This document shows positions 10,307 to 19,459 of a stretch of DNA of 64,000 nucleotides, one piece after another. Under the pieces are notes generated by a model. That model searched no databases. It saw only the letters and a list, made by a program, of their open reading frames with translations, and was not told the DNA's origin. This DNA comes from Acidimicrobiales bacterium (GTDB taxonomy: Bacteria > Actinomycetota > Acidimicrobiia > Acidimicrobiales > WLNW01): the NCBI GenBank assembly GCA_039934635.1, contig JBDTLT010000003.1, positions 16,460 to 80,459 on the forward strand. The letters run 5' to 3'. How positions within the stretch are numbered: the stretch's first letter is position 1; every line of letters starts with the position of its first letter. Made by a program: the position numbers and the translations under genes.

Positions 10307-11539
10307 TTAGGCCGGTATGACCGCGAGCGACAGCGAGTCCAACCGGCGCAAGAACAAACTCGGCACCCAGGTAGGCGGTGGCGCGGCCGGATCGAGCGCG
10401 ATCGATTTGGTGCGAGCGAGTAGCTCTTCGACCGCGAGACGCGCTTCGAGCCGGGCCAACGGAGCACCGATGCAGTGATGGATGCCCCATCCGAAACCAA
10501 GGTGGTTCTTTGCCGTCGGCCGGTCGAGGCGCAACTCGTCGGGCTCGTCGAACACCGCCGGATCACGATTGGCCGCGGACCACATGAGCAAGATGCGATC
10601 GTCGGCGCGCAGGTCGACGTTGCCCAGCCGGCACGGTCGCAACACGTGGCGGAAGTGGCCCCGGAACGGCGTCTCGAGACGCAACACTTCTTCGACGAAC
10701 GCGGAGACCAGGCCGGGTTGCAGTCGCAGCGTCGCCTGCACCTCGGGATGCGTCGCGAGCGCCAGCGCACACGATCCGGTGAGCCCCGTCGTCGAATCAC
10801 TGCCCGCGCCGACGAGTTGCACGAGCAAGCCGAGCGACGTGTGCCGGTCGTAGTCGCCGTCGATCTCGGCGCGGGCGACGGTGTCGATCACACAGGTGGG
10901 AGCGGCGCCTGCCCGCGCCCGCTCGAGCGCGGCGTCCATGTGGCCGCCGAGATAACGCACGAATTCGTCGATGTGCCCCATGCACTGCGCCATCCGCGCG
11001 CCATCCGCAAAACCCGAGAGCACCTCGATGCCTTCGTCGGACCAGAACTTGAGCTGCGCACTGTCGCTGTCGGGCAGACCGAGCAGCATCGCGACGGCCC
11101 GGATAGGCAGGATGTTGGACACGCCGTGCACCCATTCGATGGTCCCCGACCCGACATGGCCGTCGATGAGTTCGCCAACCATCGAGCGCAAGTCGTCTTC
11201 GATGTCGACCATGCGCTTTTCGCTGAAGGGACGGTTGAGCGCGCGACGATGCACAAGATGGAACGGGTCGTCGGCAGTGGCCAACACATCAGTGCCACCG
11301 TCACGACCCGCGGCCACCATGATCTGTTGACCCTCGCCATCGATCATGAAGAACGCGGTGAGGTTGTTGGAGAAGTCGTCGACGCGCGCGATCGCTTCCA
11401 TCACGGCGCCGTGGCTCAGCACGAGGTGCACGTCGAGATGCGGCACCTTGTAGAGCGGCGCGACGGCACGCCATCGCGCGTAGGTGTCGTAGGGATCGTC
11501 GAGGATGTCGAGCGCGAACGGATCAGTCAGGGTCCCCAT
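10307..11539 (-). CDS. Cytochrome P450
   Basis: AGSDST I-helix, EVLR, FGWGIHHCIG heme motif. Confidence 0.93.
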   Translation of the reverse strand: MGTLTDPFALDILDDPYDTYARWRAVAPLYKVPHLDVHLVLSHGAVMEAIARVDDFSNNLTAFFMIDGEGQQIMVAAGRDGGTDVLATADDPFHLVHRRALNRPFSEKRMVDIEDDLRSMVGELIDGHVGSGTIEWVHGVSNILPIRAVAMLLGLPDSDSAQLKFWSDEGIEVLSGFADGARMAQCMGHIDEFVRYLGGHMDAALERARAGAAPTCVIDTVARAEIDGDYDRHTSLGLLVQLVGAGSDSTTGLTGSCALALATHPEVQATLRLQPGLVSAFVEEVLRLETPFRGHFRHVLRPCRLGNVDLRADDRILLMWSAANRDPAVFDEPDELRLDRPTAKNHLGFGWGIHHCIGAPLARLEARLAVEELLARTKSIALDPAAPPPTWVPSLFLRRLDSLSLAVIPA

Positions 11540-11559
11540 GGCGTGCAGTCTGTCACCTG

Positions 11560-12726
11560 TCAGGCGGCTCTGCCCTGGGCCAGATAGGCGGTGCGCACGG
11601 CCAACGCTTGGCGCACCTCGACGGCCATTCCTTCGGCGAAGTCCGACCGGTACTTCGCGTCGTTCACCACCGAGACCGCGAATTGCAGCCCGGCGAACGC
11701 GGCGACGAAACCCGCGACAAATATGAGCTGTCTCGACAACAGCAGTTGGTTACCGAAGAGGTGGCCCGTGACGTAGCGGTCGCCCGCGGTGATCGCGTCG
11801 TCACCGAGCCAGGAAGCGAGCGTTGTTTCGCGCACGGTAAGCAAGCCGAACCCCACGAGACCGACGAACGTGAGTATCGCTACGAGGAAGACCTGTATCG
11901 ACTGGCTCACGAACATGACGAGCGCGACGTTGAGGCGCGCCCGCCGCCCGAGCGGCGGCGCGGTCGGTGACCCCGAGAACGACGCTGGATCGAAGCCGTC
12001 CAACGGAGTGTCCGCGCAGGCGTGGCTCACTTCTTCCCACGAAACGAACTGCGACAGATCGTCGACACCGGTGCGCAACGCGAACGCGATGAACAGCGCG
12101 CCCAGCAAGACGAGCGCGCTCACGGCGAGCACGTAGAGCGAGATGGCGAAGTCGTCGGCGATCTGCCACACCTCGGTGCTGAGGAAGAAGAACGATCCGA
12201 ACAACAACAGCAGCGGCAGCGTCTTGATCGTCAGCGTGATCGCATTGCGCAATTGCGAGCGGAGTTGTCCGAGCGCCCACAGCGTCATCGGCACCAGCCC
12301 GTAGCTCGTGATGATGTAGGCGAGTGCGAGGAACAACAGGTTGCCGACGAGCAGGACCGAAGCTTCGACCACCCGTTCGGTGCCGAGGATCAAGGCCGCG
12401 ATGGCGGGCACGAAGACGAACAGACCGAGCTCCCACGGGCCGACGTCGTGGGGCCGTTGCAATGGACGCAACCCGCGCAAGCGGTTTACGACGACCACCG
12501 CGCCGAGCGTGAGCGCCAGCGCGCCGAGCACTGCCAGCGCTTGCACGACACCGGCGAAACGATCACCGAAGCTGAGGGCGAGCACCTCGGCCACAAAGAC
12601 GAGTGTGAGCACCGGCGTCATGCGCGTGAGGATGTCGGTACCGGCGGCATAGTCCTCGATGAAGTGAGGAATGCCGCGACGCATGAACCACCGTTCGACC
12701 GGGGCGCGATCGTGGCGCATGCTCAT
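11560..12726 (-). CDS. Hypothetical integral membrane protein
   Basis: Many hydrophobic helices; start MSMRHDR overlaps the upstream stop. Confidence 0.75.
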   Translation of the reverse strand: MSMRHDRAPVERWFMRRGIPHFIEDYAAGTDILTRMTPVLTLVFVAEVLALSFGDRFAGVVQALAVLGALALTLGAVVVVNRLRGLRPLQRPHDVGPWELGLFVFVPAIAALILGTERVVEASVLLVGNLLFLALAYIITSYGLVPMTLWALGQLRSQLRNAITLTIKTLPLLLLFGSFFFLSTEVWQIADDFAISLYVLAVSALVLLGALFIAFALRTGVDDLSQFVSWEEVSHACADTPLDGFDPASFSGSPTAPPLGRRARLNVALVMFVSQSIQVFLVAILTFVGLVGFGLLTVRETTLASWLGDDAITAGDRYVTGHLFGNQLLLSRQLIFVAGFVAAFAGLQFAVSVVNDAKYRSDFAEGMAVEVRQALAVRTAYLAQGRAA

Positions 12727-13397
12727 ACGTCTGGTGGTGGGTACAACGACCACACGACCGGAGGTATGCCTTCGCGGAAGGCCTCGGCAACAGTGATGGC
12801 TTGCGGCAGCGAATCGGGGTCGCGTTGCTCGCCCGAAAAGAGGATCCACGGCCCGTGGACTTCGATGCGCGCGCCTTCGGCTTTCTCCATCAGGAAGAGC
12901 ATCATTTCGGGATCGATCAACGCCGACGCGAAGCGAGAGTCGGACGACCGCACCTCCCAGACGCGGTTGAACTCTTCGGACTCGAATTGGATGTCGGCGC
13001 CACCGACTACATCGAGGACGCGTTCGAAGAAACCCTCGGGACCGAGCGTCAACTGCGGCCACTGCGCGCCGGTCGAGATCAAGCCGCACGAGTAGTTGTA
13101 GACGCGCCGGTTCTTGCCCGATCCCGTCGTGTACTGGTAATCGAACGCCCGTCGATCATGGCCATCGGCGGTGCGCCCGTACATCACGTTGCTGGCCTTG
13201 CGCGAATGCCCGCGATCGAAGAACGCCAGCGGCAAGGTGACCGGCATGCGAAAGGGATCCTTCGCCGAGAACGACAGCCCGTGGCGCGCCGCGACCTCGG
13301 ACATGCGTTTGCGCCGTCTGGTCAGCGCGACGGTCTGGAGATACCACAGGACCGCGCCGACCAATACGGCAACTACGAAGATGACGACAAATCCCAT
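12723..13397 (-). CDS. Membrane-anchored hypothetical protein (DUF3137-like)
   Basis: N-terminal TM helix; DYQYTTG and DIQFESEEFNR...FASALI motifs. Confidence 0.6.
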   Translation of the reverse strand: MGFVVIFVVAVLVGAVLWYLQTVALTRRRKRMSEVAARHGLSFSAKDPFRMPVTLPLAFFDRGHSRKASNVMYGRTADGHDRRAFDYQYTTGSGKNRRVYNYSCGLISTGAQWPQLTLGPEGFFERVLDVVGGADIQFESEEFNRVWEVRSSDSRFASALIDPEMMLFLMEKAEGARIEVHGPWILFSGEQRDPDSLPQAITVAEAFREGIPPVVWSLYPPPDV

Positions 13398-13468
13398 GAC
13401 CGACACAGTGTGCCCGGGGCCGGCGAGCCAGCGATGGACCCTGTGCGCTGGCTGGTCCAGGCCGCGGC

Positions 13469-15013
13469 TCAGTCGTAGGTGGCCTCGATCGACCATCGCC
13501 CGTCGTGCACGACGAGCACGTGCGCGGCGCCGCCATCGAGCACGACCTGGATGCGGGCACGGCGCGACCGCCGGACATCGTCCCACCACCGTTCGTCGGC
13601 CGGCCACGGACCAGCCCAGGCCACCACCCGGTCGGCGCCGACGCGGGCGGGTGCAGCAGAGATGGCACTGCGCCCGTCGACGGTGACCGGGCGGTCGGCC
13701 GCGTCGACGACGTCGACCTCGCGCGGGTGCTCATAGACGATGGCCGGTGACGGCAACGGCAATTGCCCGGGCCAGGGAGGCCGGGCCATCGCCGGGGGCA
13801 CCACGGTGCGATCGACGAGCTCGACGTTTTGCGCCGGGACCAGTCGCAGTTGTTCGCTCGGGCCGCGGCCACCCCGCCATTCGGGAACGCGTACGGCATC
13901 GGGGCCGAGCAATGCGTGCACCCGGGCCAAGGCCCGCTTGGCCCGCTCGTCGGCCTCGGTCTCACCACCCCAGAACCCGAGCTGGCGGCCGCTCGCCGGG
14001 ATCACTTCGTCGGGTGCGAGCACCAATCGCGTGAGGCCACCAGTCGGGCGGATGGCGACCGCGGAATGCAACCAGCCGTCGAGTTGCCAGCGCACCCGAT
14101 CGGCAATGGCCCCGACCGACAACGCACCTTCGTGACGCCACAACCGCGTCACGCGCTCACCGTGTTCGCTCTCGACATCGATCGCCAACCGCGAACACGC
14201 CAACCCGAGCGCGTCGAGTCGCGTGTGCAACTCCTCGGCCAACGTACGCGCTGCGAACGCAACTTGTTCGATGCGCTCGACCGGAGGATCGAACTCGAGC
14301 GCGACCTCGAGGTCGGGGGGTGGGCGGCGCGCGTCGGGCAATCGATCGTCGAGACCCGACGCGATGCGATGCGACCATTCACCCAACGACCCGAACCGAC
14401 CGACGACGTCGCGCAGTGGCAACGCGGCAAGCTGACCGAGCGTGGTGATGCCCAATCGCACTATGACGTCGGTGATGTCGGGTTGCTCGAGCATGGTCAC
14501 CGACAACGGTTCGAGAAAGGCCGCCGTGCCGCCGGACGCGACCACGTAGGGCGTGGATGCCGCGCGCGCCGCGATCGATGCCGCGAACGGCCCGTCGGCG
14601 ATACCGATATGGCATTCAGTGCGGCCGGCCAGGACTGCGTGGACCCGGGCCTGCACCTGCTGTGCGAGAACCGCATCACCGCCGAAGTAGCGCGACGGGC
14701 CGCGGGTGGCGAACGCACAGCTACCCGGTCGCGTGATCTCGATACGTGGGGTGAAGGCTTCGCAGGCCGCGATGACCGACTCGAACAGACGCGCCTCGCG
14801 TGACTCGTCGCGCTCGGCGACGATCACACTCGGGCAACGTCCCTGTGCTTCACGGCGCCGTTGCCCGCGTTGCACACCTTGGGCGCGGGCACCCGCGGAG
14901 CAGGCGATCACGCGATTGGCGTGCACCACCGCGACGGGAACATCACGCCCGTGACCAATGGCGACGACCGGCCAGTCGAGACACCACACCACCAACGTGC
15001 GCACGGGCTGCAT
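13469..15013 (-). CDS. imuB: ImuB, inactive Y-family polymerase of the mutasome
   Basis: RTLVVWCLDWP, GPSRYFGG, GIADGPFAA, DRVRWQLDGWL, clamp motif QLGFWG, WAGPWP, C-terminal EATYD. Confidence 0.92.
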   Translation of the reverse strand: MQPVRTLVVWCLDWPVVAIGHGRDVPVAVVHANRVIACSAGARAQGVQRGQRRREAQGRCPSVIVAERDESREARLFESVIAACEAFTPRIEITRPGSCAFATRGPSRYFGGDAVLAQQVQARVHAVLAGRTECHIGIADGPFAASIAARAASTPYVVASGGTAAFLEPLSVTMLEQPDITDVIVRLGITTLGQLAALPLRDVVGRFGSLGEWSHRIASGLDDRLPDARRPPPDLEVALEFDPPVERIEQVAFAARTLAEELHTRLDALGLACSRLAIDVESEHGERVTRLWRHEGALSVGAIADRVRWQLDGWLHSAVAIRPTGGLTRLVLAPDEVIPASGRQLGFWGGETEADERAKRALARVHALLGPDAVRVPEWRGGRGPSEQLRLVPAQNVELVDRTVVPPAMARPPWPGQLPLPSPAIVYEHPREVDVVDAADRPVTVDGRSAISAAPARVGADRVVAWAGPWPADERWWDDVRRSRRARIQVVLDGGAAHVLVVHDGRWSIEATYD

Positions 15014-15028
15014 GGACCGTCACCGCCG

Positions 15029-15706
15029 TCATTCGTCGAGCGCGCACACGAGGCGGCCCGATGCGTCGGGTAGCACGAACTCGCCTTTGCGGGGACGAGC
15101 CAACTCGCGCCGCCCTGTCATCTCGACGCGCGCGACACGCTCGCGCAGATGGCCGTGCCCTTGGCCGAGGCCCTGCCATCTCAGCGTCGAGATCGACAAC
15201 TCGGCATCGACGCGCTCGGGCCACGCACGCAAGGTGATGAGCACCGAGCCGCGCTCGCGTGCCCGGGCCATGAGCCGACGGGCATCGCCCGCCGATACGC
15301 GATGGCAGGGAGCCAGGACCACGATGTCGAACGCCCCGATGACGGCCGCGACCGTTGCCGACCATTGCGCCGGCAACGGATGCATCACTGCGACCCGTTC
15401 GAGCGCGACACCGAGCTCGGCGGCCGTCGCGAGATTGGCATCCGCGACGCCCACCATGGCGACCCACGACCCCGCCGACGACGCGCTCGCTGCGAGTGCA
15501 AACGCCAGCGTGGTCGACCCCGGGCCGCGCACGGCGACGGTGATGCCCCGGCGCAACCGGCCATCGGGAAACATCGTCGCCAGCGCCTCGACGAGGGGCA
15601 GTGTCTGGTCACGAGCGAGGGTGACCGGCCGAGAGCGATCGGCCACCACCTGTAACCGGTCGCGCTCGACTCCATAGGGTTCTTCGGACGCGAGCCGGGC
15701 CAACAC
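15029..15706 (-). CDS. imuA: ImuA'-like RecA-fold mutasome protein
   Basis: GRLRRG, degenerate Walker A GPGSTT, AAELGVALER, ARARERG, WQGLGQGHG; directly upstream of imuB. Confidence 0.85.
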   Translation of the reverse strand: MLARLASEEPYGVERDRLQVVADRSRPVTLARDQTLPLVEALATMFPDGRLRRGITVAVRGPGSTTLAFALAASASSAGSWVAMVGVADANLATAAELGVALERVAVMHPLPAQWSATVAAVIGAFDIVVLAPCHRVSAGDARRLMARARERGSVLITLRAWPERVDAELSISTLRWQGLGQGHGHLRERVARVEMTGRRELARPRKGEFVLPDASGRLVCALDE

Positions 15707-15720
15707 CCCGATCACAGTAC

Positions 15721-15734
15721 CGAACAGGTGTTCG
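15721..15734. promoter_or_regulatory. LexA (SOS) box upstream of imuA-imuB
   Basis: Perfect CGAAC-AGGT-GTTCG beside minus-strand -10 TACTGT (15714-15719). Confidence 0.92.
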
Positions 15735-15764
15735 CATTCGCAACTGCGGCGGTACCCTGGGGCA

Positions 15765-16355
15765 ATGACGGTCGGCCCCCATCCTCTCCCATGGCCCGAC
15801 GACGCGCACCTCGACCCCGAACTGCTGGCCAACGGCGACAGCCGCAACGTCATCGACCGCTACCGCTACTGGCGCCTCGAGGCCATCGTCGACGATCTCG
15901 ATCGCCAGCGGCATCCCTTTCATGTCGCCATCGAAAACTGGGAGCACGACATGAACATCGGCACTGTCGTGCGCAATGCCAATGCGTTCCTCGCGGCAGA
16001 GGTGCACATCGTGGGCAAGCGGCGGTGGAATCGTCGCGGCGCCATGGTCACCGACCGCTATCAGCACATCCGCCATCACGACACGATCGACGCACTCGTC
16101 GACTACGCGCGCACCCTCGACCTCGCCATCGTCGGCATCGACAACCTGCCCGGCGCGCAACCCATCGAGACCGCCGTATTGCCCCGCGCTTGTCTGCTGC
16201 TGTTCGGCCAAGAAGGGCCCGGGTTGTCCGAGCCCGCGCGACAGGCGGCGACATCGGTGCTGTCGATCACCCAGTTCGGCTCGACCCGATCGATCAACGC
16301 CGGCGTCGCGTCAGGCATCGCGATGCACACCTGGATTCGCCAACACGCGTTCTAA
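15765..16355 (+). CDS. TrmH/SpoU family RNA methyltransferase
   Basis: NIGTVVRNANAF, LLFGQEGPG, SINAGVASGIAM. Confidence 0.9.
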   Translation: MTVGPHPLPWPDDAHLDPELLANGDSRNVIDRYRYWRLEAIVDDLDRQRHPFHVAIENWEHDMNIGTVVRNANAFLAAEVHIVGKRRWNRRGAMVTDRYQHIRHHDTIDALVDYARTLDLAIVGIDNLPGAQPIETAVLPRACLLLFGQEGPGLSEPARQAATSVLSITQFGSTRSINAGVASGIAMHTWIRQHAF

Positions 16356-16400
16356 TGCGGCTGCACCGCAACGCCGATCCGTTGCGGCGGAACCGCACAA
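16356..16400. repeat. REP-like hairpin, copy 2, between convergent genes (possible terminator)
   Basis: TGCGG..CCGCAACG/CGTTGCGG..CCGCA stem; 16372-16400 matches 6837-6865. Confidence 0.75.
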
Positions 16401-17288
16401 CTACGCAGCGATGAGTGTCGAGAGTTGGCGCATGGTGCGCGGTTGATCGGTGCGCAAGTTGTCGCGCCGGTGCACGGTGCCAACGGTGTCGAACACGACG
16501 AGGTCGCCGAGCTGCCATGCATGCGAGTACACGCGCTCGGGCACGGTGGCGAAGGCCAACAGCTCACGCACGATCGATCGGCTCTCTTCGATGTCGAGGC
16601 CTTCGAAATGCGACACGAACTCGCTCACGTACAACGCCGTGCGGCCGGTCTCGGGGTGCGTGATCACCGCCGGATGCCACGCGCCGGTGCCATCGTCGGG
16701 ATAGGTGAGCTCGGGATTTCTCTGGCGCTCGCGCGCCTTCAACTCGTCGGCATCGCCTTCGGGCGGCCGTGAATAACCCGACGCCGCCAGCAGCGTGTGA
16801 TGCGCCATCAAGCTATGCACGCGTGCGCGCCATTCGTCGGACAACGCGTCGTAGGCCGCGTAGAGATCGCAGAACATCGTGTTCGGGCCACCACCGGGCG
16901 GGAGAAACATCGCTTCGAGGAAGCTCTCTTTGGCCGCAGTGGTCAAGAAGCTGTAGTCGGTATGCCACGGCAACGCACCGCTGCCCGCGACGCCGCGCTC
17001 ATAACCCCTTTCGTTGAGCTCGTTGGACACGGCCATGACTTCGTGATGCTCGAAGCTGATGCCTTCGTACATCTCGCCCGCGGGCGCAACGTGGCCCCAG
17101 TGATTCGCGAAGCGGGCGAGCTCGGCCGCGGTCGGTTGCGGATGACCTCGCAGAATGATCACGTGATGGCGCGCCAACGCCTCGCGCAATTGCGCCATCT
17201 CGTCATCGACGAGCGGGCGAGACGGATCCCACCCTCGCACCACGGCCGCTAGGGGCGCATCGAGCGGAGTGACATCCATCGTGGTCAC
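16401..17288 (-). CDS. TauD/TfdA family Fe(II)/2-oxoglutarate dioxygenase
   Basis: WHTDYSF (HxD), HPAVITHPETGR, WQLGDLVVFD, TVHRR. Confidence 0.9.
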   Translation of the reverse strand: MTTMDVTPLDAPLAAVVRGWDPSRPLVDDEMAQLREALARHHVIILRGHPQPTAAELARFANHWGHVAPAGEMYEGISFEHHEVMAVSNELNERGYERGVAGSGALPWHTDYSFLTTAAKESFLEAMFLPPGGGPNTMFCDLYAAYDALSDEWRARVHSLMAHHTLLAASGYSRPPEGDADELKARERQRNPELTYPDDGTGAWHPAVITHPETGRTALYVSEFVSHFEGLDIEESRSIVRELLAFATVPERVYSHAWQLGDLVVFDTVGTVHRRDNLRTDQPRTMRQLSTLIAA

Positions 17289-17614
17289 CCCGCTTGTGCG
17301 ATGAGTTCGTCGTCGGAAGGAGGCTCGACACCCGGTAGGTAGTAGGTGTACAGGCCCTCGATGATCTCTTTGATGCCTGCCGCACTGGTGCTCTCGAGCT
17401 CGACCGTGACCACGCTGCCGTTGATGTGGACGGCCTTGATGCCGCCGCGCTCGAACAGTCGCCGGGCGAGCTCGTCGGCGGGCTTGTCGTCGGTTGCCTG
17501 CTCGGCACTTGTGTACCGCTCATGGCCCATGCCGGTGAGGACTCGGTTGGTCTCGAAGCGCACGACACCCGCACGCGACGAGGACTTTTCGATGACGGTG
17601 ACCGGCTGACCCAT
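17285..17614 (-). CDS. Small protein resembling a NifU/Nfu N-terminal domain
   Basis: VRFETNR..LARRLFERGGIKAVHINGSVVTV pattern; leaderless -10 TACGAT. Confidence 0.55.
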   Translation of the reverse strand: MGQPVTVIEKSSSRAGVVRFETNRVLTGMGHERYTSAEQATDDKPADELARRLFERGGIKAVHINGSVVTVELESTSAAGIKEIIEGLYTYYLPGVEPPSDDELIAQAG

Positions 17615-17616
17615 GC

Positions 17617-18036
17617 TCAGGATCGTACTCGCGCCGCGAGCCAGGCGGCCACGGCGAGCACACCCGAGATGATGCCCAGCACGATGTGGACCACCCGGAA
17701 CGCCATCGAATGGTCGTGCGCCACGATGAAGACCGAGCGCACCGCCCACCACCCCACCGTCGCCACCGCGAACACCGGCAAAAGGGCGCGCAGGCGGGTC
17801 GACTGCCGTGTCACCAGCAGGGCCAGCAGCGCAATGGCAGCACCGATGAAGACCGCGCACACGAGGAAGGCGAAGGCCTTTTCGCCGCCACCCAGCGTGT
17901 CGTCACGGCCGATGTTGCGTACGCGCGTGCCCCAGACGAACAGCGTCCACAACGAACTCGCGACGATCAAAGCTCTCGGTCGGGTCGCTGAGACGCCTCT
18001 GGACGTCAACACGTCGGTGTTAGGGGTAGGACTCAA
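17617..18036 (-). CDS. Small hypothetical membrane protein (start uncertain, altered by insertion)
   Basis: About four hydrophobic helices; 5' codons overlap the direct-repeat copy. Confidence 0.65.
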   Translation of the reverse strand: MSPTPNTDVLTSRGVSATRPRALIVASSLWTLFVWGTRVRNIGRDDTLGGGEKAFAFLVCAVFIGAAIALLALLVTRQSTRLRALLPVFAVATVGWWAVRSVFIVAHDHSMAFRVVHIVLGIISGVLAVAAWLAARVRS

Positions 18037-18059
18037 GAAAGAGGAGGATAACCGCCCTC
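18035..18059 (-). terminator. Putative intrinsic terminator after the 62-aa ORF
   Basis: Minus strand GAGGGCGG-TTAT-CCTCCTC followed by TTTCTT. Confidence 0.4.
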
Positions 18060-18066
18060 GTTTACC

Positions 18067-18255
18067 TCAGGTGGTCGGCCACCCGTACCTGAACACCGTT
18101 AACGCGACGGTCACACCAACGAACAGAATGATGGTCACCGCAAGACGGAGGTTCCCGCGCCAACTGCCGTCAGTCTTGAGTTCCTTGCGCACCAACAGAG
18201 CTATGACCACACCGACGAACAAACCGGCGAGGAATGCCCTGCCCTCGGAGCTCAT
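18067..18255 (-). CDS. 62-aa two-helix membrane peptide inside the insert
   Basis: MSSEGRAFLAGLFVGVVIALLV...LAVTIILFVGVTVALTVF, two hydrophobic segments. Confidence 0.5.
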   Translation of the reverse strand: MSSEGRAFLAGLFVGVVIALLVRKELKTDGSWRGNLRLAVTIILFVGVTVALTVFRYGWPTT

Positions 18256-18305
18256 GCGCGCTGATCACGGCGCCCCATTCGCGAGTGTCAAAGCTCTCGG
18301 TCGGG

Positions 18306-18998
18306 TCAAAATAGCGAACCTTGCCCAAAGTCGGGTTGGGCACGCGGGATGCCGGTCCATGGGATGTCGTCCATGAATGCCCAACTGCGCCGGTGGATCG
18401 ACGTCGGCCCCCATGCCTGCAACGCGGCCTTGTGGCGCGGGCAGGGATACCCCTTGTTGCGTTCGAAGTCGTAGCCGGGGAATTGCGGGGCGAGGCGGCG
18501 CATGATGCGATCGCGCGTGACCTTCGCGAGGATCGACGCGGCGGCGATCGACAGCGATGTCGCGTCACCCTTGATGATGCGGGTCACGTTGCCGCCACCG
18601 ACGAAATCCCAATTGCCGTCGAGCAACACGTGATCAACCGGACACTGCAACGCATCGAGCGCTCGCCGCGCCGCCAATCGCTGCGCCGCCGACATGCCGA
18701 TCTCGTCGCATTCGCGCTGCGACGCATGCCCGACGCCCCACGCATAGGACCACGACGCGATGCGGTCGTACAGCGCTTCGCGTTCGGCCTCGGTGAGCAT
18801 CTTCGAATCGCGGATCTTGTAGACGCGCTTGTCCTTGGGCACGACCACCGCGCCGATCGTGAGCGGCCCGGCCCACGAGCCGCGCCCGACCTCGTCGATA
18901 CCGACCACGATGTCAGCGCCGCTCGTCCACAACTGGCGCTCGACGGCGAGCCCGGGCGACTTGGCCCGAAGCGCGGAGCGCAGCATCGGTACGGTCAT
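18306..18998 (-). CDS. rnhB: Ribonuclease HII
   Basis: GIDEVGRG, DSKML, LDGN, KGDA, SIAAASILAKVTRD, KGYP, HRRS. Confidence 0.95.
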   Translation of the reverse strand: MTVPMLRSALRAKSPGLAVERQLWTSGADIVVGIDEVGRGSWAGPLTIGAVVVPKDKRVYKIRDSKMLTEAEREALYDRIASWSYAWGVGHASQRECDEIGMSAAQRLAARRALDALQCPVDHVLLDGNWDFVGGGNVTRIIKGDATSLSIAAASILAKVTRDRIMRRLAPQFPGYDFERNKGYPCPRHKAALQAWGPTSIHRRSWAFMDDIPWTGIPRAQPDFGQGSLF

Positions 18999-19402
18999 GG
19001 CAACCGCGCGATGTTCGCGGCTTCGGATGGATCGGCCTCGGTCGTGAAAAACGCATCGAGCATCTCGTGCGCCACTGCCGGTGACGTGAGGCGCAAACCG
19101 ATGGCCAACACGTTGGCATCGTTCCAGCGGCGGGCCCCGGCCGCAGTCTCGCCATCGGTACACAGCGCCGCCCGCACGCCGGGCACCTTGTTGGCGGCGA
19201 TCGACACGCCGGTGCCGGTCCAACAACACACCACGCCGCGCTCCGCGACGCCCGAGGCCACCGCCTCGCCGACCGATCGGCCGACATCGGGCCACGGTTG
19301 GTCGGCGCCGGCGACCACCACGTCGTGACCGGCCTCCCGCAGCAGCCGCACGAGCCGATCGGACAGCTCGGTTGTCTCGTCGGTACCGAAGGCGACCTTC
19401 AC
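18995..19402 (-). CDS. rpiB: RpiB/LacA/LacB family sugar-phosphate isomerase
   Basis: CWTGTGVSIAANKVPGVRAALC, ARRWNDANVL. Confidence 0.88.
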   Translation of the reverse strand: MKVAFGTDETTELSDRLVRLLREAGHDVVVAGADQPWPDVGRSVGEAVASGVAERGVVCCWTGTGVSIAANKVPGVRAALCTDGETAAGARRWNDANVLAIGLRLTSPAVAHEMLDAFFTTEADPSEAANIARLP

Positions 19403-19459
19403 GACCGTGAGGCTAATGACTCACCTGCGGGTCAATCGTTCGCCCAGGTCGCGAATCAC

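Larger units (their letters stand above)
17967..18307. mobile_element. 301-bp low-GC insert flanked by 20-bp direct repeats
   Basis: TCAAAGCTCTCGGTCGGGTC at 17967-17986 and 18288-18307; interior about 57-58% GC by hand count of 18001-18240. Confidence 0.7.

Noticed and set aside
17987-18066. Integron attC reading of GTTAGGG/CCTAAC inside the insert
   Set aside because: Does not fit GTTRRRY, has no paired R and L boxes, and no integron integrase is in the window
17426-18376. 316-aa + strand ORF reading through both 20-bp repeats
   Set aside because: Antisense to several better-supported minus-strand genes; no motif
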